The position numbers and the translations under genes are program-made. DNA of 32,000 nucleotides from Candidatus Iainarchaeum sp. (lineage in GTDB: Archaea > Iainarchaeota > Iainarchaeia > Iainarchaeales > CSSED10-239): assembly GCA_028700115.1 (NCBI GenBank), contig JAQVTI010000010.1, positions 1-32,000 on the forward strand. Direction: 5' to 3'. Of this stretch, positions 8,862 through 15,796 are shown piece after piece (position 1 is the first letter of the stretch; each line of letters begins with the position of its first letter). Below the pieces are notes generated by a model. That model was not told where the DNA came from. It was given only the letters and a program-made list of their open reading frames with translations, and searched no databases.

Positions 8862-9428
8862 ATGATACCTACAGAAAAACAAGCAATTGAAATTCTTAAA
8901 AAATATATTAAAGGAAAAGCTAATTTAGAACATAATTTAATTGTTGGATATGGAATGAAAGGAATTTCTAAATTTCTTGGAAAAAAAGAAGATGAACAAA
9001 ATAGATTTTTTGTAATTGGTACTCTTCATGATATTGATTTAGAAAAATACAATGGAAATATAAAAAATCATTGTGTAGTTGGAGAAGAAATCTTAAATAA
9101 AGAAAATATAGATAAAGAAATCATTAGAACAATTAAAACACATAATGAAATTTTAGGAATAAAAAAAGAAAAAGAAGAAGACCATTTACTTTTCTCAATA
9201 GATGGGCTTTCTGGAATTATTAGAGCATATGTTTTAATGAGACCAGATAGAGATATTACACAAGCTAAACTTAAATCTATTAAAAAAAAACTAAAAGACA
9301 AAGGATTTGCTGCAAATGTTTCTAGAGAAGAAATATATTATGCTCCTGATCTTTTAAAAATTGAAAGAGACAAATTTATTGAAGCTGTTTTAGAAGAAGT
9401 TAAAAACAATATGGACTTTAGAGAATGA
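8862..9428 (+). CDS. HD-domain protein (predicted hydrolase)
   Basis: LEHNLIVGYGMKGISKFLGKKEDEQNRFFVIGTLHDIDLEKYNGNIKNHCVVGEEIL: an HD motif in the expected context. Confidence 0.75.
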   Translation: MIPTEKQAIEILKKYIKGKANLEHNLIVGYGMKGISKFLGKKEDEQNRFFVIGTLHDIDLEKYNGNIKNHCVVGEEILNKENIDKEIIRTIKTHNEILGIKKEKEEDHLLFSIDGLSGIIRAYVLMRPDRDITQAKLKSIKKKLKDKGFAANVSREEIYYAPDLLKIERDKFIEAVLEEVKNNMDFRE

Positions 9429-9434
9429 TTAAAA

Positions 9435-9707
9435 ATGGCAAAACCAATTAATATTAATTGTAGAAAACAAATACCTACTCTAAAAATTAAAGAACTTAAA
9501 AAAGTTTATAATAAATTAGGATTTGTAGAAGACGAACAAAGACATAGACATATTATTTTTAAAGATAAAAATGGAAAACAACTTATCTTAATGAAAGGAC
9601 AAAAAGACATACCTTCAGGTACATTAATGCAAATAATTACAGAAATGGCAAAAGAAACAGGAAAAACTAAAAAAGAAATAATTGAGTTTATTATGAAACA
9701 TAAATAA
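9435..9707 (+). CDS. HicA/YcfA-like small protein (possible solitary toxin-fold protein)
   Basis: LKKVYNKLGFVEDEQRHRHIIFKDKNGKQLILMKGQKDIPSGTLMQIITEMAKETGKTKKEIIEFI resembles GF...GSHH.F....(G)TL..I...... Confidence 0.5.
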   Translation: MAKPININCRKQIPTLKIKELKKVYNKLGFVEDEQRHRHIIFKDKNGKQLILMKGQKDIPSGTLMQIITEMAKETGKTKKEIIEFIMKHK

Positions 9708-9731
9708 ACTCTTTTTAACAAATTTTACAAA

Positions 9732-11132
9732 CTATTTAGAAGAAAGTGCAATATGCACATCATCTAATTGTTTTTCGAATACCTCATTTGGAGCATTTTC
9801 CATTAAAGAAACACCTGACTTTGTTTTTGGAAAGGCTATGAAGTCTTTTATTGAGTCTTTTCCTTTAAGTAGCATCAAAAGTCTATCAATACCTATTGCA
9901 AAACCACCATGTGGAGGAGCTCCAAAAGTAAAGGCATCTAATAAGAAACCAAACTTGTTTCTTGCTTCTTTATCTGAAAGACCTAATATATTAAATATAT
10001 TTTTTTGTTTTAAAGGATCATGTATTCTGATCCCCCCAGAACCAAGCTCAACACCATTTAAAACAAGATCAAAACTTTCTGAGTCTAGTTTTAGATAATC
10101 TTCTTTAGTTTTACAAGAATCTAATTTTTCCCATGAATCCTCAGTTGCTTGAGTAAATGGATGATGAGCAGAAACTACTCTATTTTCAGTTTCATTCATT
10201 TCAAATAATGGGAAGTTATCAACCCATACAAATGCAAACTCTTTAGGATCATTTGTATCTTTTCTTGTATCTGGTTTATCACATTTATATTTTTCCATAG
10301 ACTCTTTATATGAGATATGTGGAAAAGGAGTTTTTAGATCAACATCTAAAACCTCTTTAAACATTACTTTTAGCATATCTTCAAAAAGCTCTTGAATATC
10401 TTCCTTTGTAATAAATGACATCTCTAAATCTAATTGAGTAAACTCAGGTTGCCTGTCTCCTCTTAAATCTTCATCTCTTAGACATTTTGCTAATTGGTAA
10501 TATCTATCAAAACCAGCAACCATTAAACTTTGTTTGTAAACTTGAGGAGATTGCGGAAGAGAATAAAACATATGTTTATGAATTCTACTTGGAACTATAA
10601 AATCTCTTGCTCCTTCAGGAGTACTTCTACAAAGCATAGGTGTATCTACATCTAAAAACTTTTTAGAATCTAAATATTTTCTAATTGAAGAAATTACTTT
10701 TTGTTTAAAAATAAAAGTATCTGTCATTTCTTTTCTTCTTAGATCTAAATATCTGTATTTTAATCTAGTTTCTTCATTTGCTTTTAATTCTCCAGAAACT
10801 TCAACAGGTAAATCTTTACATTTATTTAAAACTTCTATTTCTTTTGTTAAAACTTCAATTTCACCAGTCTCAAGATTAGGATTTATTTTTGGTTTTACTT
10901 GAACATCTCCTTTTATCTTAATTACATATTCACTTTTTAGATCTGCTAAAAAATCTAGCTTTTCAATTAAGTCTTTTAAAATTATAACTTGAGTAATTCC
11001 ATATCTATCTCTTAGATCAATAAACATTATGTTTTTTCCTGCTTTTCTTACAGAATTTATCCAACCACATAAAATTACTTCTTTATTTTCATCATCTTTT
11101 CTAAGTTCACCACATGTATGTGTTCTAAGCAT
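9732..11132 (-). CDS. aspS: Aspartyl-tRNA synthetase, bacterial-type sequence apparently lacking the GAD insertion domain
   Basis: MLRTHTCGELRKDDENKEVILCGWINSVRKAG..MFIDLRDRYGITQVI; LPQSPQVYKQSLMVAGFDRYYQLAKCLRDEDLRGDRQPEFTQLDLEMSF; FAFVWVDNFPLFE; AHHPFTQ; GAPPHGGFAIGIDRLLMLL. Confidence 0.93.
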   Translation of the reverse strand: MLRTHTCGELRKDDENKEVILCGWINSVRKAGKNIMFIDLRDRYGITQVIILKDLIEKLDFLADLKSEYVIKIKGDVQVKPKINPNLETGEIEVLTKEIEVLNKCKDLPVEVSGELKANEETRLKYRYLDLRRKEMTDTFIFKQKVISSIRKYLDSKKFLDVDTPMLCRSTPEGARDFIVPSRIHKHMFYSLPQSPQVYKQSLMVAGFDRYYQLAKCLRDEDLRGDRQPEFTQLDLEMSFITKEDIQELFEDMLKVMFKEVLDVDLKTPFPHISYKESMEKYKCDKPDTRKDTNDPKEFAFVWVDNFPLFEMNETENRVVSAHHPFTQATEDSWEKLDSCKTKEDYLKLDSESFDLVLNGVELGSGGIRIHDPLKQKNIFNILGLSDKEARNKFGFLLDAFTFGAPPHGGFAIGIDRLLMLLKGKDSIKDFIAFPKTKSGVSLMENAPNEVFEKQLDDVHIALSSK

Positions 11133-11281
11133 TTAAAATCACCTTAAATATAATATATATTATATAGAAAAGTGTTTATAAAAATACTTGTTTTTAATAG
11201 AAAATAGATATAATCTTTTAATAAAAAAGAATAATTTATATATAGTCTATTAGTAAAAGACAATATCCATATTAAAAAAAA

Positions 11282-12379
11282 CTAAAATAAAGAGAAAAAG
11301 AAATTTTTTAAAATATCAAAAATATAAACTTCAGTAAAAACTCCAACAAATAAGAAACCAATTGCAAAAGCTAATAAAATAAAACAATATTTTATAATAT
11401 TAATAAATCTATCAGACTCAATTTTTTCCTTAGAAATTCCAACTGAAAGCAAATTACCACTCATTGCTCCTAAAAAATAAGATATTATTTCTAAAATCAT
11501 ATGTGGCAAAACACTTAAAAGTAAAGGAATTAGGAATGCAAAAAATCCAGTTTGATAAAACAAAGCATAAGTTAAAGAATATTGAGTAAAAACAACACCC
11601 CAGTAAACTGCATTCCAAACAATTATTAAAATTGCCCCTAATGGAAACACTAAGGCAATTATTAAAGCAACAAGCATTACTGAGAAATTATTTACAAAAA
11701 TATCTAAAAATACAGATTGTTTTGATTGGTTTGAAAAACCTATATCTTTTGATGGAAGTAAAGAATCATTCCAACCATTTGAAGAAAATAAAGATGAAGA
11801 ATATTCTTGAGGAATAAAAGCTACTAAAGAAATTACAACTAGAAATATTCCTAAAAAAAAATTTAAATAAACAGAAAGAATTTCTTTATTTTCATAATAT
11901 AATTGTTTAAAAGAAAGATCAATTTTATTTGAAAAACTAGGTTTAAATTTAAATAAAGTTATACCTTTACTTTCTACTCTCTCTGTTCTTCCAACTAAAA
12001 GTTCATTATATCTTATTTGCTTTTGTATAAATGGAGCTAGAAACAAAGTTGTTAAAAAAACAGCAAAAACACCTGGGTTGTTTGGAAAAAGTAAAATTGC
12101 AAAACAAAAACCTACCATTGTTCCTAAAATTGCAAAATAAAGAGACTTTAAATTTCTAGGCAAATCATCTGCTAATCTTTCAGGTATACTTTTTATATAA
12201 TCTAAAATCTCTAAAAATTTGTTTTTTACAATATGCTTTTTTGGTCTAAAAGCTTTACTATAATCATGATTATTCTTTTTTTTCTTTTTTGGTTTTTCTG
12301 AAAAACCATCTAAACCTTCTGAGAAACTTATATTTGTATTTAACTCTTTTAAAGACATTTTAGATTTTTTTAAAGCCAT
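11282..12379 (-). CDS. SpoIIM/DUF95-family multi-pass membrane protein
   Basis: FLDIFVNNFSVMLVALIIALVFPLGAILIIVWNAVYWGVVF...LIPLLLSVLPHMILEIISYFLGAMSGNLLSVGI: stage II sporulation protein M-like pattern. Confidence 0.7.
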   Translation of the reverse strand: MALKKSKMSLKELNTNISFSEGLDGFSEKPKKKKKNNHDYSKAFRPKKHIVKNKFLEILDYIKSIPERLADDLPRNLKSLYFAILGTMVGFCFAILLFPNNPGVFAVFLTTLFLAPFIQKQIRYNELLVGRTERVESKGITLFKFKPSFSNKIDLSFKQLYYENKEILSVYLNFFLGIFLVVISLVAFIPQEYSSSLFSSNGWNDSLLPSKDIGFSNQSKQSVFLDIFVNNFSVMLVALIIALVFPLGAILIIVWNAVYWGVVFTQYSLTYALFYQTGFFAFLIPLLLSVLPHMILEIISYFLGAMSGNLLSVGISKEKIESDRFINIIKYCFILLAFAIGFLFVGVFTEVYIFDILKNFFFSLF

Positions 12380-12429
12380 AATAATTTATGAACACAGAAA
12401 CTTATAAAAAGAGAACTTTTTATTTAAAA

Positions 12430-13650
12430 TTATTTTTTATTTAAGTACAACCGATGTATTTTTTCTCGTGTTATATATTCTTTTATTTTATCTTCAAAAT
12501 CTTTTGAGAAAAAATTAGATTTAAATAAATCTGAAAATTTATATATAGAAATATCTGAAACTAAATCTAAAAAATTATTATCTTTTAAAAAAGTTTCAAG
12601 ATCTTTTCTTTTGTCTGTATTTTTTAAAGGAAGCTTAATTGAATCATATTCTTTAACTAACATATTTTTATTAGTTCCAAATAATTTTTCTAAATTATTT
12701 TCCTTTGAATAATTAATAATTGCTTCTTTTAATAAAGCAAGCTCTTTATCTATATCTTTTGTAATCTCTAACTTTTTTTCAGAAAGCTCTTGATATTTAT
12801 CAACTAAAGTAACACCTTTTTCTTTTAAATATTTATTTTCTAAAACAGGTTCTTGTTTGTCCAAAAAATCATGTTTTTTTAAAGGACAAATAGTTCTAAA
12901 TGAACACCAGTCACATAAAGCAGATGGCTTTGCAGGAAAATAATCTTTTTCCTTTGCATCCTCTATATCTCTTATATTTTCAATTACTTCTTTTTCTAAA
13001 AGACTTAATTGTTCATCTGTTCTATAAGAAGTTTGTTTGATTCCAGCAGATAAAAAATACCAAGAAAGAGATATTTCTTTAACAAAAGGATATAATTTCT
13101 TAATTGCAATCATATATATTGCAAGTTGTCTATCTTTGTCAACTTCTTCTTGAGTTTTTGCTTGTGCATTTGTTTTATAATCTCCAATTTCTATGTGGTC
13201 TTTTGAAATTAATGCAAGCTTATCAATATACCCTACAAGATTATATGTTTTGTCTTTAACAGAATCATAAAAAGAAATTGTAATTTCTTGTTCTAAACCT
13301 AATGTCTTTGCTTGGTCAAAAGGCTTATATTGATTATAATAATTTATTAAATATTTTTCACCAGTCTCTCTGTAATTTTCAATTACAAAACCATCTCTTA
13401 TGATTTCAACTTTTTCTTCAGAATAACTTTCTTTAAAAAGAGAATTATAATATTCTAAAACTTCTTCAATTGTGTTTAATTTATTATATTTTAGATCCTT
13501 ATATAATTTTTCTAAAGTATCATGAACCATTGAACCCATAAATGCTTCTGCATTTTGTTTCTTTTTAATATCTGGTTTTTCTATATAGTTATATTTAAAC
13601 TGCAGAGGGCATGTTTTAAAAGTTTCAATTGAAGAATGTGAATATCTCAT
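12430..13650 (-). CDS. PD-(D/E)XK nuclease (RecB/AddB/Cas4-like) with C-terminal Cys cluster
   Basis: MRYSHSSIETFKTCPLQFKYNYIEKPD...GSMVHDTLEKLY...HIEIGDYKTNAQ...AKPSALCDWCSFRTICPLKK. Confidence 0.8.
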   Translation of the reverse strand: MRYSHSSIETFKTCPLQFKYNYIEKPDIKKKQNAEAFMGSMVHDTLEKLYKDLKYNKLNTIEEVLEYYNSLFKESYSEEKVEIIRDGFVIENYRETGEKYLINYYNQYKPFDQAKTLGLEQEITISFYDSVKDKTYNLVGYIDKLALISKDHIEIGDYKTNAQAKTQEEVDKDRQLAIYMIAIKKLYPFVKEISLSWYFLSAGIKQTSYRTDEQLSLLEKEVIENIRDIEDAKEKDYFPAKPSALCDWCSFRTICPLKKHDFLDKQEPVLENKYLKEKGVTLVDKYQELSEKKLEITKDIDKELALLKEAIINYSKENNLEKLFGTNKNMLVKEYDSIKLPLKNTDKRKDLETFLKDNNFLDLVSDISIYKFSDLFKSNFFSKDFEDKIKEYITREKIHRLYLNKK

Positions 13651-13737
13651 AATTTATCATATTTTTAAATATCTAAATAAATTATAGTAAAAAGAGTTTA
13701 TATTGTTTTTGTAGGAGTTAATGACCGTAAAAAAAAG

Positions 13738-13797
13738 TTTTCTCGACCAGACGCCCTGCTTGAAAATAGATATATTCTTCCTTGACTATAAATATAT
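13738..13797. repeat. Direct repeat copy 1, upstream of the TA-like ORFs and overlapping a TATA-like element
   Basis: tttctcgaccagacgccctgcttgaaaatagatatattcttccttgactataaatatata: 55/60 identical by eye to 14474..14533. Confidence 0.9.
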
Positions 13798-13870
13798 AAG
13801 GATTCTAAATGAAAGAAGCAATTATAAACACAAAGAAAAGCTTATATATCAATTGATATATAAAATATAT

Positions 13871-14143
13871 ATGGTGAAAAATAAAAAAACTAAAATAAGA
13901 TCACCTACATTAGATACAGTATTTATGATTGAAAAAAATATAGAAAAATACAGTGGTACTTATAACAAAACAAAATTATGGAAAATACTACCAAAAAAAG
14001 TAATGTGGCAAACATACACACTAATTTTAGATTATTTAAAAAATATTAATAAAATTGCTTATGATAAAGAAAATAAAATAGCCTATATATGGAATCCAAA
14101 ACTTGCAAAAAAGCTTAATTCTAGAAAGGAAATTAAAATATGA
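13871..14143 (+). CDS. Putative antitoxin partner of a RelE-like toxin
   Basis: MVKNKKTKIRSPTLDTVFMIEKNIEKYSGTYNKTKLWKILPKKVMWQTYTLILDYLKNINKIAYDKENKIAYIWNPKLAKKL. winged-helix-like, stop overlaps the next ATG (ATGA). ORF-track start at 13721 reads through the repeat/promoter; Met at 13871 is preferred. Confidence 0.55.
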   Translation: MVKNKKTKIRSPTLDTVFMIEKNIEKYSGTYNKTKLWKILPKKVMWQTYTLILDYLKNINKIAYDKENKIAYIWNPKLAKKLNSRKEIKI

Positions 14144-14466
14144 TTAAAAAATCAAAAGTAGTTTTTATTGATAATAAAATTGAAAAAATATTTTATAAAT
14201 TAGACGATAATGATCCTATTAAAAAATCAATTATCAAAGCAATAAAAGAACTTAAACAAAATGCTTTTTCAGGAATACAGATACCTAAAAAGTTAATTCC
14301 TAAAGAATATATTAAAAAATATAAAATAAATAATTTATGGAAATAGAATTTATCTAAAGGTTAGAGATTATTGTACACTGTAGTTTCTAAAGATGAGATA
14401 GAAATAATAACTGCAATTTTAGAATGGTTTAATCATAAAAAATACGAACATAAAATGAAATATTAA
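14140..14466 (+). pseudogene. RelE/ParE-like toxin gene interrupted by two in-frame TAG codons (14344-14346 and 14362-14364)
   Basis: Continuous frame: MIKKSKVVFIDNKIEKIFYKLDDNDPIKKSIIKAIKELKQNAFSGIQIPKKLIPKEYIKKYKINNLWK[TAG]NLSKG[TAG]RLLYTVVSKDEIEIITAILEWFNHKKYEHKMKY[TAA]; matches the RelE-like pattern ..NLW(R/K)x.LxxGWRLLYTV. Confidence 0.75.
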
Positions 14467-14473
14467 TTTACTC

Positions 14474-14533
14474 TTTCTCGGCCAGATGCCCTGCTTGAAA
14501 ATAGATATATTCTTCCTTAACCTTAAATATATA
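14474..14533. repeat. Direct repeat copy 2, upstream of radC
   Basis: tttctcggccagatgccctgcttgaaaatagatatattcttccttaaccttaaatatata: near-identical to 13738..13797. Confidence 0.9.
14521..14533 (+). promoter_or_regulatory. Putative BRE/TATA element of radC
   Basis: ccttaaatatata about 60-70 nt upstream of the radC ATG, AT-rich archaeal TATA-like. Confidence 0.4.
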
Positions 14534-14594
14534 CAACCATTTTTTAAAATCTCAAAAGACCTTTTATAGAAGGTCTTTCTCCCTTCCCCTTAAC

Positions 14595-15263
14595 ATGAGG
14601 TTAAAAGAGATCTCTCCAGAAAACAGACCGATTGAGAGAATGGAATATTTTGGAGAGGAAAGCTTATCAAATTCCGAACTGCTTGCAATCATTCTAAAGA
14701 CAGGAACTAGAAAAACTAATATCCTAGATTTATCAAACCATATTTTAAATAAATATACTCTTGAAAAACTTAGAAACTGCTCACAACAAGAACTCTGCAA
14801 GATACATGGTATAGGAAAAATTAAAGCTTGCCAGATAAAAGCAATCTTTGAGCTTCACAAAAGAATCTCAACTCCACAAACAAAAGAACTTACTAAAATA
14901 TATTCGCCTAAACAAATTGTAGATATTTTAAAACCTGACTTTGAAGGAAAAGAACAAGAGCATTTAATATGTATTTTTCTTAAATCAAATATAATTATTT
15001 CAAAAAAAATAATCACAATAGGCACAAACAATCAAACATTAATCTCAAATAAAGATATTCTAAAACATGCAATTAAACAAACAGCAGACAGCATAATTAT
15101 CTCACATAACCATCCACAAGGAGATCCAACTCCATCAAAAGATGATAGACTGGCTACCAAAAAACTTAAAGATGCATGTAACTCTATTGAGATAATTCTT
15201 CTAGATCATATTATAATAGGAGATAATAACTATTTTAGTTTTAAAGAAAACCAGATTATATAA
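14595..15263 (+). CDS. radC: RadC/JAB-domain (MPN+) protein
   Basis: RPIERMEYFGEESLSNSELLAIILKTGTRKTNILDLSNHIL...HGIGKIKACQIKAIFEL...IISHNHPQGDPTPSKDD...LLDHIIIGDNNYFSF. Confidence 0.93.
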   Translation: MRLKEISPENRPIERMEYFGEESLSNSELLAIILKTGTRKTNILDLSNHILNKYTLEKLRNCSQQELCKIHGIGKIKACQIKAIFELHKRISTPQTKELTKIYSPKQIVDILKPDFEGKEQEHLICIFLKSNIIISKKIITIGTNNQTLISNKDILKHAIKQTADSIIISHNHPQGDPTPSKDDRLATKKLKDACNSIEIILLDHIIIGDNNYFSFKENQII

Positions 15264-15319
15264 AGTATTAAAAAGACATACATATACTTATATTTTATAT
15301 AATTTAAAAGTGAGGACTT

Positions 15320-15796
15320 ATGAAATTTAAATTTTTAGGAATACTTTGTATACTTTCTTTAGTTTTACTTACAAGCACAGTTTCTGCTGAAATTGATTTA
15401 GAAAATATAGATTTTGGATATTATTTTAACAATTTAGAAGAAGCAGGACAAGAACTTCAAGAAAATGTATATCAACTTCCAAATTTTATTAAAAAACAAT
15501 TAGATAAAGAAATAATATATCTTGAACTTGAAGATATTAACACAACTTACAAAGTTAAGATTGAAAAGATTGAAGAAAAATATACAATCACAAAAGAAAA
15601 CCTTGAAAACTACACAATTGAAATTAAAACTACAGTTGCAAAACTTCAAGAACTTCTAAACTCAGAAGACAAGATGGATGATTTTAATAAAGCTTTAAAA
15701 AACGGATATATCACAATAAAAGGGAAAGGATTTTTTAATAGCTTACAAACTGGACTTGCTAAATTTTTCTTAAAAGTAGGAAGTTTATTTTCTTAA
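15320..15796 (+). CDS. Hypothetical secreted protein with signal peptide
   Basis: MKFKFLGILCILSLVLLTSTVSAE: clear signal peptide; remainder has no recognised domain. Confidence 0.65.
   Translation: MKFKFLGILCILSLVLLTSTVSAEIDLENIDFGYYFNNLEEAGQELQENVYQLPNFIKKQLDKEIIYLELEDINTTYKVKIEKIEEKYTITKENLENYTIEIKTTVAKLQELLNSEDKMDDFNKALKNGYITIKGKGFFNSLQTGLAKFFLKVGSLFS

Noticed and set aside
9068-9721. Minus-strand ORFs 9068..9301 and 9506..9721
   Set aside because: Antisense shadows of the HD-domain and HicA-like genes; the hydrophobic content arises from the complement of AT-rich coding sequence.
9838-10098. Plus-strand ORF (86 aa)
   Set aside because: Antisense to aspS.
11632-11817. Plus-strand ORF (61 aa)
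   Set aside because: Antisense to the SpoIIM-like membrane protein.
13721-13870. N-terminal 50 aa of ORF 13721..14143
   Set aside because: Covers the direct repeat and TATA-like element. Two of the repeat differences would be non-synonymous in this frame, so it looks non-coding; start at 13871 preferred.
14344-14364. Genome-wide TAG reassignment as explanation for the toxin gene
   Set aside because: aspS and the 973-aa surface protein end in TAG at natural positions, so TAG functions as a stop here; only suppression at particular sites or pseudogenisation remains plausible.
13738-14533. Possibility that the two 60-bp repeats are a CRISPR array
   Set aside because: Only two copies 736 bp apart with protein-coding sequence between them; no regular spacers and no cas genes.
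14564-14800. Minus-strand ORF (78 aa)
   Set aside because: Antisense to radC and its leader hairpin.
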